From: Brevibacterium phage LuckyBarnes
Sequence record: MF668275.1
Length of the DNA stretch: 32,000 nt
Strand: one strand, 5' to 3'
The position numbers were made by a program, and so were the translations under genes. Position 1 is the first letter of the stretch, and each line of letters opens with the position of its first letter. This document shows, one piece after another, positions 17,379 to 25,511 of the stretch. A model generated the notes under the pieces. That model was not told the DNA's origin. It worked only from the letters and a program-made list of their open reading frames with translations, and searched no databases.

Positions 17379-18931
17379 CAGTACTCCCAGCCTTCCTTCT
17401 GTGCAACGAACTTCGCCAGACCCCAGGCCGCCGAACACATACTGCGCACCAGCTCCAAGCGGTTCTCTTTCTTGTCACGCACCAGCAGCACCTCATAGTC
17501 GTTCTTGAGCTGCTCAGTCAGCCGCTGCAGGTTCCCCTCGTCAATGACGTGCTGCCTGGCGTCCAGCCGTTCAAACTCCGCCTGCATCATGTCAAAGTCG
17601 TCACACGGCGAGGCCATGTCGTCAACCTCATCCAACCCATACAGTAGGAATTGTTTGTACTTGGCCAGGTAGACAGCGAGGTCGACATAGGTGTCTGCTT
17701 CGCTGTCACCCGCGCCGCCGACACCCAGCCGGTCGATCTTACGACCGACGTTGGGCAGGATGCTGAACGTCTCGCCGCGCTTGCGCCAGCTCTTGCCGTA
17801 GACGCTGCCCTTGTCGCGGTGCAGGCGGTCCACCGACTGGCAGAAGTCCGACGGCGTGCTCCATCGGTTGGGCAGCTCCGGGCCGTCTTCACCGACCACC
17901 CGCTTCGGCTTCGGTGAGTTGACCAGCGCGTGGAACATGCTGGTTCCGTTGAACTGCGGCTCAATCGGCCAGATCTCCTGTGACCACCAGGCGTTCAGCA
18001 TCAGCAGCCAGTCCCGGAACAGCCCCGGAGGCATCCAGTTCGTGAGGTAACCTATCTTGACGCCACCGTTCTCACGGATGTCCTTCTCCAGTTTGAACCA
18101 GAGCGAGAGCTGATCGTCCAAGGGCAGCTTGGCATCCTGCGGCGAGAACCACGGCGACTCATCCGGGAACTGATCGTTCCACATACCAGCGTCCAGCTCG
18201 TTGTCGGCCAGCAGCGTCTGATCAACGATCCGCTGTGCCTTGTCGTAGTGGTGCTCGTACAGGTGCAGGCTGGAGATGTCGTAGGTGATGGTGCCAGGCT
18301 GCAGCCCCGCATAGGCCGCGACCACCTGATTGAGCACCGACCACTCGAACGAGTTGATGCCTGACCAGCCCCACATCACGTCGTTGGACCGGATGGCGAC
18401 ATGAGCGTGCAGGTACCCACCACGCGCCAGGAAGTGCACCCAGTTGTTGCACGGGATGTCCTTGCCAGGTGCGCTGTCGGCGGCTGGGTCGTAGATGGCG
18501 AACACTGCGCGGCGCGTGGTGGGGTCCTGGCGCAGCAGGTCGATGATGTACTGCAGCTGGTCGACCTGGTATTTCTTGTCCCCGTTCACGCCATGCTGCT
18601 CTGCTGTGATTGACCAGCCGCGCAGCCGGGGGCCGTAGCCACCGAGCCAGGTCTTGCCGTCGTCGCTGAACTTCGGTGCCTGGGGCAAGTAGTTGGACAG
18701 CCACTCGACGTCGTTGCGACCGGCGAGGATCCACATGGTCTCGGCGATCTGCGCAGGCAGCGACACGTTCCGCCCCGGCGTGGTGATGTAGGGGTCGGTG
18801 GTCTGATTGACGGTGATGTGCTGCATGGTCAGCTCTCGGGTCCCACCGTTCCGGCTGGGCACGTCTGCGCCATCGATCAGCAGCTTGTTCAGCAGGTGGG
18901 GCAGGGCTTCAGTTGCGGATGTGAAGTTCAT
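17378..18931 (-). CDS. Thymidylate synthase / nucleotide hydroxymethylase homologue with C-terminal Nmad1 (DUF1599)/MazG-like extension
   Basis: SLPAQIAETMWILAGRND, TTRRAVFAIYDP, IPCNNWVHFLARGGYLHAHVAIRSNDVMWGWSGINSFEWSVL, ISSLHLYEHH; C-terminal CQSVDRLHRDKGSVYGKSWRKRGE...EADTYVDLAVYLAKYKQFLL. Confidence 0.78.
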   Translation of the reverse strand: MNFTSATEALPHLLNKLLIDGADVPSRNGGTRELTMQHITVNQTTDPYITTPGRNVSLPAQIAETMWILAGRNDVEWLSNYLPQAPKFSDDGKTWLGGYGPRLRGWSITAEQHGVNGDKKYQVDQLQYIIDLLRQDPTTRRAVFAIYDPAADSAPGKDIPCNNWVHFLARGGYLHAHVAIRSNDVMWGWSGINSFEWSVLNQVVAAYAGLQPGTITYDISSLHLYEHHYDKAQRIVDQTLLADNELDAGMWNDQFPDESPWFSPQDAKLPLDDQLSLWFKLEKDIRENGGVKIGYLTNWMPPGLFRDWLLMLNAWWSQEIWPIEPQFNGTSMFHALVNSPKPKRVVGEDGPELPNRWSTPSDFCQSVDRLHRDKGSVYGKSWRKRGETFSILPNVGRKIDRLGVGGAGDSEADTYVDLAVYLAKYKQFLLYGLDEVDDMASPCDDFDMMQAEFERLDARQHVIDEGNLQRLTEQLKNDYEVLLVRDKKENRLELVRSMCSAAWGLAKFVAQKEGWEY

Positions 18932-19107
18932 TTCGGTTCTCCTTCGTAGGTGGCCAGCGCGAGGTCGTCGCCGGAGATGGGGTACTCCAGACCGGTGGTG
19001 CCCTCGCCCAGCTCGTTCAGTTTCTGTGCGGTGTGATGCTTGCCCCTGCCGTCGTAGAACGACAGGATGTCAACGGTGTCCGCCATCTCGGTTCGAAGCT
19101 GTCTCAT
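18928..19107 (-). CDS. Small hypothetical protein (59 aa, not in the ORF track)
   Basis: MRQLRTEMADTVDILSFYDGRGKHHTAQKLNELGEGTTGLEYPISGDDLALATYEGEPK*; ATGA overlap with the TS-like gene. Confidence 0.7.
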   Translation of the reverse strand: MRQLRTEMADTVDILSFYDGRGKHHTAQKLNELGEGTTGLEYPISGDDLALATYEGEPK

Positions 19108-19220
19108 CGGTGGTTCTCCCGCTTCTTAGAGATTGACTTGACAAGGGACACTGTCCCCAGGACAATGAGTGTCACCCCGACCACGATGGCCAGGAGGGCG
19201 ACTAGCTGTACGGGTGTCAT
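19104..19220 (-). CDS. Single-TM microprotein (38 aa, not in the ORF track)
   Basis: MTPVQLVALLAIVVGVTLIVLGTVSLVKSISKKRENHR*; preceded by AAAGGAACCGAAATG; overlaps the next start. Confidence 0.62.
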   Translation of the reverse strand: MTPVQLVALLAIVVGVTLIVLGTVSLVKSISKKRENHR

Positions 19221-19245
19221 TTCGGTTCCTTTCAGGAGGTGGGCA

Positions 19246-19268
19246 CCCCGGCCCATTGTGGGCCGGGG
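19246..19268 (-). repeat. GC hairpin copy 1
   Basis: CCCCGGCCC-ATTGT-GGGCCGGGG in the gap between 19220 and 19283. Confidence 0.75.
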
Positions 19269-19282
19269 CAGGTGGTGCAGGT

Positions 19283-19492
19283 TCAGTAGAACGCGTCCCG
19301 GGGGACCTCGTAGGGGTTCTCGTCACGGGGCAGGGAGCGCTCCGCGATCCAGACCTTCTCGGTCTCCTCGTCGAAGTACAGCTCCGAGTTGATGTCAGCG
19401 GCGAGAGGGTAGCTGGGCTGGGTAGCCAGGCGGACCTCGGCGTCTTCCGGGAGTTCCTGGAGCTGCTCGATGAGTTCTGCGACAGTTGCCAT
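19283..19492 (-). CDS. Small acidic hypothetical protein
   Basis: MATVAELIEQLQELPEDAEVRLATQPSYPL... with AAAGGAACCGAAAATG and promoter P2 upstream. Confidence 0.78.
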   Translation of the reverse strand: MATVAELIEQLQELPEDAEVRLATQPSYPLAADINSELYFDEETEKVWIAERSLPRDENPYEVPRDAFY

Positions 19493-19531
19493 TTTCGGTT
19501 CCTTTGTTTGGTGGAGCGGGTTGATGTAATA

Positions 19532-19561
19532 ACTATAACTCACTTGCGATAGCCCGCGCAA
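19532..19561 (-). promoter_or_regulatory. Candidate early promoter P2
   Basis: Minus strand TTGCGC-18 nt-TATAGTTATTACATCA. Confidence 0.7.
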
Positions 19562-19581
19562 CTCCATCCCCAAAATATTTT

Positions 19582-21447
19582 TCAGCCCTTGCGATACCGG
19601 GGCACGCGGTACCCCTCCGCGTCCAGTGGAAGCCCCTCTGCCCATGGGCTGCTGGTGGTCATGATGTGCGCCACGTCCTCAACGGAGTGCCTGCCCTCTA
19701 CCAGGATCTCATCGTGTACATGGCCGACCACGTCATAGTTCCGGCTCTCAAGAGCCACCAGGGCGTCTGCCAGCACATCACGCGCTACCGCCTGGGTGAT
19801 GTTCTCCGTCAGCCGTCCTCCGTAGGTGTCCATCCGGCCCGTCAGGCCGCGCTTCGGGTCCCGGAACGACAGCTGGGGTGACATGTTCCCCCACTTGTTC
19901 GGTTGCACCACCCGGCGCACGCCGTGATAGGTGATGCCCCTGCCGCTGGGCAGGTTGATCCGCCGGGAGTTCCCCGACTTGGTCACCGACACGCGGCCCA
20001 GCTTGCCACCGTCAAAGAACACCTCACCGAGGTCTCCCCAGAAGCTGGCGATATGGGAGTTCGCGCTGCGCCACTGGTCCACCAGACGCTGCAGGTACGC
20101 ATCATTCCCGACTGCGCCCATGGCCCGGAGCGACCCCGTGCCGCCATTGTAGCCGAGTGCCAGGGTGGCCACCTTCCCCTCCTTGCGGGTCAGCCCACCC
20201 ATGCGCTCTGCGGTCTCCACATAGATGTCACGGCCATCACGGAACGCAGCCAATGCCCACTCCTCACCGCACAGCCAAGCCAGAACACGGGCCTCAATCG
20301 CCGAGTAGTCCACCACGGTGAACGGGCCAAGGAACATGGACCGCACCAGAGCCTTGAGGACGTGAGCGCTTGCTCCGTTCCCCATCGTCACGTCCAGTGC
20401 TTCTGCCTGGATAGCTGCGTCCAAGTCCATGCCGTCCGGTGGGGTGACGGTGGCCGACGGCAGGTTCTGCAGCTGCACGCCGCGGCCAGCCCAGCGGCCC
20501 GTGTGAGCACCGAAGAAGTGGAAGCTGCCGCGCAGGCGGTTGTCGTGGTTGATCCGGTCCAGCGCGGCGAGGTACTTCTTGCTCGCCACCAGTGCCAGCT
20601 CTACGCGCAGCTGCAGCGCACGCCGGTGATGGTCCTCGATATCGTCGCGCTGCAGCGTCTCCTCAACGGTGGCTTTCTGCAGGTTCGGCAGGGGCAGTCC
20701 CGTCTCCTTGAACCACGCCATCACCTGCTGTGTGCTGCCAGGGTTCTTGACCCCCGTGATCGCCGCGAACTCGACCTCCTGCAGCAGACGGTTCTCCTCT
20801 GCTGCGTCAACCGCCGCGGTGGCCATGGGTGAATCGACCTTGATCCCCCGGTCGTTGATGTGCTGGTCTGTCAGCCACACCTGGCGCTCGCCGCCTGGCC
20901 AGGCAGGCAGCTTGCCGTAGACGTCCCGGTGGGTCTCCACGTCCTGAGCGCAGTAGTCCTTGAACTGCTGCCAGCGCACCGGGTCATCCTCAGGGGAGTT
21001 GAACGTTCCCTTGCGCGTCGGCATGGAGAAGTACCGGATGAGCGCCGTACCGGCCTCGTCCTTCTGTTCCCCACCGAGCCACCGGGCCACCGTCTCCAGC
21101 TTGGACGGGTACCCATGCACCGCGGCCAGCGCAGCAGAGTCGTCGAACAGCTCCGGGGGCAGGTACTCCACGGGGGCCACGTCCGGCACGTAGCGGCGCA
21201 GGTGCTCGCTGAAGCACACCCGCTCGAACTGGGCGTTATGCGCCACGATGAGCGCGTCCTTCCACAGCCAACTGCACAGCAGCCCTGCAATGTCGTTGGG
21301 GTCTGTGACGACCTCGATCGTGCTATTGTCCACGGCGTAGGCCATCATCAGAATCTTGAAGTCTGGGTCCTCCACGTAGCGGTACACATTGGACTTCTTG
21401 AGGTCGACCCGTGATCGGGTCTCAATGTCGACGTAGATCGTCTCCAT
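19582..21447 (-). CDS. DNA polymerase family A (PolA-like) with N-terminal 3'-5' exonuclease domain
   Basis: METIYVDIETRSRVD (exo), VVDYSAIEARVLAWL (motif A), RKEGKVATLALGYNGG (motif B), VGHVHDEILVE (motif C). Confidence 0.95.
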   Translation of the reverse strand: METIYVDIETRSRVDLKKSNVYRYVEDPDFKILMMAYAVDNSTIEVVTDPNDIAGLLCSWLWKDALIVAHNAQFERVCFSEHLRRYVPDVAPVEYLPPELFDDSAALAAVHGYPSKLETVARWLGGEQKDEAGTALIRYFSMPTRKGTFNSPEDDPVRWQQFKDYCAQDVETHRDVYGKLPAWPGGERQVWLTDQHINDRGIKVDSPMATAAVDAAEENRLLQEVEFAAITGVKNPGSTQQVMAWFKETGLPLPNLQKATVEETLQRDDIEDHHRRALQLRVELALVASKKYLAALDRINHDNRLRGSFHFFGAHTGRWAGRGVQLQNLPSATVTPPDGMDLDAAIQAEALDVTMGNGASAHVLKALVRSMFLGPFTVVDYSAIEARVLAWLCGEEWALAAFRDGRDIYVETAERMGGLTRKEGKVATLALGYNGGTGSLRAMGAVGNDAYLQRLVDQWRSANSHIASFWGDLGEVFFDGGKLGRVSVTKSGNSRRINLPSGRGITYHGVRRVVQPNKWGNMSPQLSFRDPKRGLTGRMDTYGGRLTENITQAVARDVLADALVALESRNYDVVGHVHDEILVEGRHSVEDVAHIMTTSSPWAEGLPLDAEGYRVPRYRKG

Positions 21448-21483
21448 CTCGGTTCCTTTCGGTTCGGTTCCAGGTACTGAAAA

Positions 21484-21519
21484 GCCCCGGTGAGGGGAAC
21501 CGAATTTCCTCACCGGGGC
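21484..21519 (-). terminator. Terminator-like hairpin upstream of the DNA polymerase gene
   Basis: Minus strand GCCCCGGTGAGG-AAATTCGGTTCC-CCTCACCGGGGC followed by TTTT; perfect 12-bp stem. Confidence 0.75.
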
Positions 21520-21536
21520 AATGACATCAGCTTACC

Positions 21537-22079
21537 TCACAGGAGGCTGTCTGCAAAATCAGCGAAGTCCGCTTCTGCAGTTGCACCACCTGCCAGGCGA
21601 TCACCGTAGCCGAGGACCATGACGTTGTTCAGCCCGAAGCTGACGCCCTTGTTCCCCTGGGTGTTGAACGCGAACGCATTGATGCTGACACGGGCGTAGA
21701 CCCCCGAGTACACCTGGTCCGGATCCATGACCGGCTGCAGCTGCGCGTCGACGATGCCAGGGCGGCGGTCGGCGTTGGCACTGACCGACATGAAGTAGTG
21801 CCCCGCGTACTCCGGGTTCTTCTCCAGGTCAGCTTCCTCGTCGCCATCCCGGAAGGTGTTCTTCCAGTTGGCCGGAATCTTGCCGTTGAACTTCGTGGAC
21901 TTGCCGTCTTCAAGAGCCTGCTTCTGTGCAGCCTTGATCTTGTCGATGGTCTCGGTGTCGTCCTTGGGAACCAGGATCACGGTGGAGTACTTCGACGGAC
22001 CGTTCTCGAACGACACGCTGGGTTCCAGGATGTGGGTGTAGGAGAGGCGGACCGGGTTCGTGATGACCTTAGTTGACAT
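21537..22079 (-). CDS. DUF2815-like ssDNA-binding protein
   Basis: VRLSYTHILEPS...YSTVILVPKDD...DPDQVYSGVYARVSINAFAFNTQGNKGVSFGLNNVMVLGYGDRLAGG. Confidence 0.8.
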   Translation of the reverse strand: MSTKVITNPVRLSYTHILEPSVSFENGPSKYSTVILVPKDDTETIDKIKAAQKQALEDGKSTKFNGKIPANWKNTFRDGDEEADLEKNPEYAGHYFMSVSANADRRPGIVDAQLQPVMDPDQVYSGVYARVSINAFAFNTQGNKGVSFGLNNVMVLGYGDRLAGGATAEADFADFADSLL

Positions 22080-22163
22080 TTCGTTTTCTCGTTTCTACTC
22101 GTTGTTGCGCCGCGCTGTGCGACATGACTAAGCCTACCCCATGCAGGGCGGCGGTATTGCCTG

Positions 22164-23366
22164 CTATCCGGCTTGACTAAAGTCGGCAGCAGCGTCGGAT
22201 GTCGACGTGATGGCTTCACGCTTGTCCGACTCCGGGGCAAGAGATTCCCTGCCCTGGCTCTTGGTCACCAGATCGTTGAGGATCGCGGTGAATTCCTTCT
22301 TGCCCAGCAGCTTCTCGAGCTTGCCGATGGTCTCGACCTGCAGCGGCTTAGCCACCTGCTCGGCCTGGTACCCCAGGTCGATGAGACGCTGGATGGCCGC
22401 AGTGTCGTCGGTGATCTTGCGCTGCCCACCGGACCGGACTACTTTGTATCCCGGGATGGGGATGCCCCGTGCATAGGCCATCTCGAGGGCGGTGGCCTCC
22501 ACGTCCTTGGCCCATGACGTGATCGACTTGAGCCTGGGCAGCGCACGGCTGATCTCCTCCGGAGTGAGCGTAGCTGGCTCCTGAGGGGACGGTGGGGTAG
22601 CCTCGGCAACCAGGTTGCCGAAGTCACGCTGCGTCGCCCACTCCATCCGTTCACGGCACACCCCAGCCAGAGGGCACCACCGGCACGCGCTTTCGCTTGG
22701 ACCGAACCGCGGCTTCCGGGAGTAGAGTGCCTCCTTGGCTGCAGGTATAGCCACCTCCTCCCGCCAGAGCAGCAGCGCATCGACGGCCAGCGTCTCCGAC
22801 GACACGTTGTTCAGCCGCGGCTGGTACACCGTCATTGTGACGTGCGTCGTGGTCCCCAGGAGATTCCCGTAGGTGTCCAGGGCACCCAGCGCATAGAGGC
22901 GCAGCTGCGAGTTCTTGACGGCTGACACGGGAACTCCTGCACCGTACTTGAGATCGATGATCTCGACGGTGTCCGGGGTCACGATGACGGAGTCAGATGT
23001 ACCAAACGACTCCGGGACCCCGGTGGGCATCCGCTGCTCGGCGAAGTAGGCTGCGTCAGGGGTCAGGCGGGATCGGATGTACTCGACGTACCCGGCGATG
23101 TGTTCCTCCATCTCCGCCTGATCCGCTGCCTCCGGCACGGCTTTCTCCCACTCGGCCAGCCCGGCACGGTAGTCCTCCTCGGACATGTTCCCGAACTCCC
23201 GCCGAGCCCGTAGCTCGCCGAGGGTGTGAGCGTTCGTGCCCTCGGTGGCGTAGAAGGATTCCTCCTGCTCCACCTGCACCAGCTTCTCCGACTCCCGAAC
23301 GGAAGCGGGGCAGCTGATCCACCGGGCAGAGGATGACGGAGACAGCCGCGCGTGCTCGTCAGGCAT
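22164..23366 (-). CDS. DUF2800 / PD-(D/E)XK Cas4-like nuclease
   Basis: MPDEHARLSPSSSARWISCPASV...; EIIDLKYGAGVPV; CRWCPLAGVCRERM. Confidence 0.82.
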   Translation of the reverse strand: MPDEHARLSPSSSARWISCPASVRESEKLVQVEQEESFYATEGTNAHTLGELRARREFGNMSEEDYRAGLAEWEKAVPEAADQAEMEEHIAGYVEYIRSRLTPDAAYFAEQRMPTGVPESFGTSDSVIVTPDTVEIIDLKYGAGVPVSAVKNSQLRLYALGALDTYGNLLGTTTHVTMTVYQPRLNNVSSETLAVDALLLWREEVAIPAAKEALYSRKPRFGPSESACRWCPLAGVCRERMEWATQRDFGNLVAEATPPSPQEPATLTPEEISRALPRLKSITSWAKDVEATALEMAYARGIPIPGYKVVRSGGQRKITDDTAAIQRLIDLGYQAEQVAKPLQVETIGKLEKLLGKKEFTAILNDLVTKSQGRESLAPESDKREAITSTSDAAADFSQAG

Positions 23367-23367
23367 G

Positions 23368-23619
23368 TCAGCCCTCCCTCTTCTTTCCCATGGCCCGGTC
23401 CATCCGCTGGGCCATGGGCACCACGATGACGTCGACGAAATCTTCCATGGTGACGTCATCGAAGCCGCCGAGCGAGGTGAACGTCATGACCCCATGCCCG
23501 TCAAGATCAGACGTCATGAGAACCACGGGCACTTCCCTCTCCCCTACCAGGGGGACATCCACCCGAGCGGTGGTGAGGGAGAGGTTGAACTGGGGGTACT
23601 CTGGGGCCAGACTACTCAT
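23368..23619 (-). CDS. Hypothetical protein
   Basis: MSSLAPEYPQFNLSLTTARVDVPLVGEREVPVVLMTSD...; closely packed between neighbours. Confidence 0.7.
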   Translation of the reverse strand: MSSLAPEYPQFNLSLTTARVDVPLVGEREVPVVLMTSDLDGHGVMTFTSLGGFDDVTMEDFVDVIVVPMAQRMDRAMGKKREG

Positions 23620-23755
23620 CGTCCTCCACCTTTCTGAACAGGTCCCTTGTGGGGATGGACTTCTTGATTTCGGGGTGGGCTGCGTCGCGGTGGTCACGCG
23701 CCACGGTTTCGTGGCGCAGCCTGATGCCGCAGACTACGCACTCGACGGTTTTCAT
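23612..23755 (-). CDS. Small zinc-finger-like protein (47 aa, not in the ORF track)
   Basis: MKTVECVVCGIRLRHETVARDHRDAAHPEIKKSIPTRDLFRKVEDDE*; CxxC...H..H arrangement. Confidence 0.65.
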   Translation of the reverse strand: MKTVECVVCGIRLRHETVARDHRDAAHPEIKKSIPTRDLFRKVEDDE

Positions 23756-24162
23756 TCGCCCTCAACCCGCTCCAGGAACGTAGCTGCCTGCTCCGGCGAG
23801 AGGCCCGAGACGCGTGCGACGCCGAGTTCCTTGAGGATTCCCTTGACGAGGTCGACCTTCCCGCTGCCCAGCAGTTCCGCAGCGCGGCTGAGTGCGGTCT
23901 CAACGGTCTTGGACTCGTCGGCGGGGGCCACGGTGGGTTCCTCGGCCTTGGTCTCCTGAGGAGCCTCCTCAGGCTTCTCCTCCTTGACCGGTTCAGGCTT
24001 CGGCTTCGGCTTGGGACCCGGCTTGGCCTTGGCAGGCTTCGGCTCCGCCTTGGGAAGCGTGTCGGCGAACGGTGCAGCTGCGGGGGCATCCCCGGCCAGT
24101 GCGCGGAGGATGGTGCGGTCGGCGTCAGTGAGGTCGCCGTCGATGGTGATGACAATGTTCAT
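23752..24162 (-). CDS. Hypothetical protein with Pro/Lys-rich linker
   Basis: 136 aa ORF; KAEPKPAKAKPGPKPKPKPEPVKEEKP between two folded-looking ends. Confidence 0.75.
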   Translation of the reverse strand: MNIVITIDGDLTDADRTILRALAGDAPAAAPFADTLPKAEPKPAKAKPGPKPKPKPEPVKEEKPEEAPQETKAEEPTVAPADESKTVETALSRAAELLGSGKVDLVKGILKELGVARVSGLSPEQAATFLERVEGE

Positions 24163-24233
24163 TGTTCGATTCCTTCTGTAGGGGTGGCGGATGCCACGGT
24201 TTCATATTACATGGGTGGAACAGCTTGCAGTGT

Positions 24234-24560
24234 CTACTGTCTGGCGGAGACTACTCTGGCGTAGACCAGCACCCCGCCGTCAGACTTGACCATCCGGGTC
24301 TGGAGCCGGTAGTGATCTCCGGTGAAGTCTTTGCTCACGCGGCGCAGCGTGGCGCAGTAGGATTCCGCCTTGCCCTCGGTGGGTCTATTGGCCACGCGAT
24401 ACCAAACACCCGACGTCTTGAGGAGGCGGTCAACGGCGTTCCGGGCCTGCCTGCGGAGGGTGTCCTGGGGGTTCTCTGGAGGGTTCTCCATGATTACCTT
24501 GAACTCGTCTGCACGGGCTGCAGCTGCGCCCCGCGACTTGCCGTACTCATACCGTGCCAT
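24234..24560 (-). CDS. Hypothetical protein
   Basis: 108 aa ORF overlapping the upstream gene end. Confidence 0.7.
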   Translation of the reverse strand: MARYEYGKSRGAAAARADEFKVIMENPPENPQDTLRRQARNAVDRLLKTSGVWYRVANRPTEGKAESYCATLRRVSKDFTGDHYRLQTRMVKSDGGVLVYARVVSARQ

Positions 24561-24942
24561 TGTCGCCTCCTGGTGCTTTCGTCCAGCCGAGGTCAGTGAG
24601 GTACTTGGCGATCTTCTCCAGGTGCCTGCCCTGGAGCAGGAACCCGTCGCCGGTCATCCCCTCCAGGTCTACGAACATCTGCTGAGAGTCCGTCGGCTCC
24701 GGGTCCGGGACGACGGCCCCACCGAACTCGACCATAGCGGAATGGAAGCCCTGCATGTAGGTCAAGGACCTATCCTTCTTCTCTGACGCGTATCTACTCT
24801 GCGTGATCGTCCGTCCAGGCACCTGGTCGGGGTGCTCGTCAAGCCATTCGAGCGTCCACTCAATGCCGGTACGGACGCCGTGGTCCGACGTGTCTATATT
24901 CTCGCCGACGGCGTCCGTCAGGTCTTCGAACTTGTCAGCCAC
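24547..24942 (-). CDS. Hypothetical protein
   Basis: 131 aa ORF MADKFEDLTDAVGENIDTSDHGVRTGIEW... Confidence 0.72.
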   Translation of the reverse strand: MADKFEDLTDAVGENIDTSDHGVRTGIEWTLEWLDEHPDQVPGRTITQSRYASEKKDRSLTYMQGFHSAMVEFGGAVVPDPEPTDSQQMFVDLEGMTGDGFLLQGRHLEKIAKYLTDLGWTKAPGGDNGTV

Positions 24943-25123
24943 GATGCACCTCCATCCACATCATTGTGAGTGCTGCACCGATGCCGAACACACCCAGCCC
25001 GAAGCTGATAACTGCCCAGCCGATGGGGTCAACGGTGCCGACGGCAATGCTGGCAATGGCCAGCCCTGCAGCTGAGATGGCGAGGGCCAGGGTGAGGCCC
25101 AGTGCCTTTCCAAATCTCCTCAT
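24935..25123 (-). CDS. Small membrane protein
   Basis: 62 aa with two hydrophobic segments; overlaps both neighbours. Confidence 0.7.
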   Translation of the reverse strand: MRRFGKALGLTLALAISAAGLAIASIAVGTVDPIGWAVISFGLGVFGIGAALTMMWMEVHRG

Positions 25124-25458
25124 GATTCGATCTCCTCTCCTACGATCTCTCCCTGGATGACGTCTCCGGTGAACACCTCGTACCCCATACCTCGCAAGGC
25201 CTCCTCGTGGTCGAGTCCTCCCCGGTATGATCCCTCAAGCTCGCCGTAGTCGGTGACCTCACCGTCGGCGGTGCCGGGGAAGATGTAGGTCTCGGGACCA
25301 GAGAACGGGACGTCGGCGGCTGACACAATCACGACGTCGTAGGTGTGTTCCACTCCGTGGTAGTCCTTCTCGACGTGGGGTGGCATCAGCCGATAGACCC
25401 GCTGGTCGGCGACGGGGGACTCGGTGTAGTCCTTGATCAGTGTCGCTGTCTTCTTCAT
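25120..25458 (-). CDS. Hypothetical protein
   Basis: 112 aa ORF preceded by AAAGGAACCGAAATG. Confidence 0.75.
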   Translation of the reverse strand: MKKTATLIKDYTESPVADQRVYRLMPPHVEKDYHGVEHTYDVVIVSAADVPFSGPETYIFPGTADGEVTDYGELEGSYRGGLDHEEALRGMGYEVFTGDVIQGEIVGEEIES

Positions 25459-25476
25459 TTCGGTTCCTTTCGGTGT

Positions 25477-25496
25477 GGCGGGGCCGAAGCCCCGCC
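25477..25496 (-). promoter_or_regulatory. UUCG-tetraloop hairpin
   Basis: Minus strand GGCGGGGC-TTCG-GCCCCGCC, located just upstream of the 25458 start. Confidence 0.75.
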
Positions 25497-25511
25497 GAGG
25501 GGTGGAGCTGG

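Noticed and set aside
19903-20832. 309-aa + strand ORF inside the DNA polymerase gene
   Set aside because: Antisense to polymerase motifs A/B/C; no independent support.
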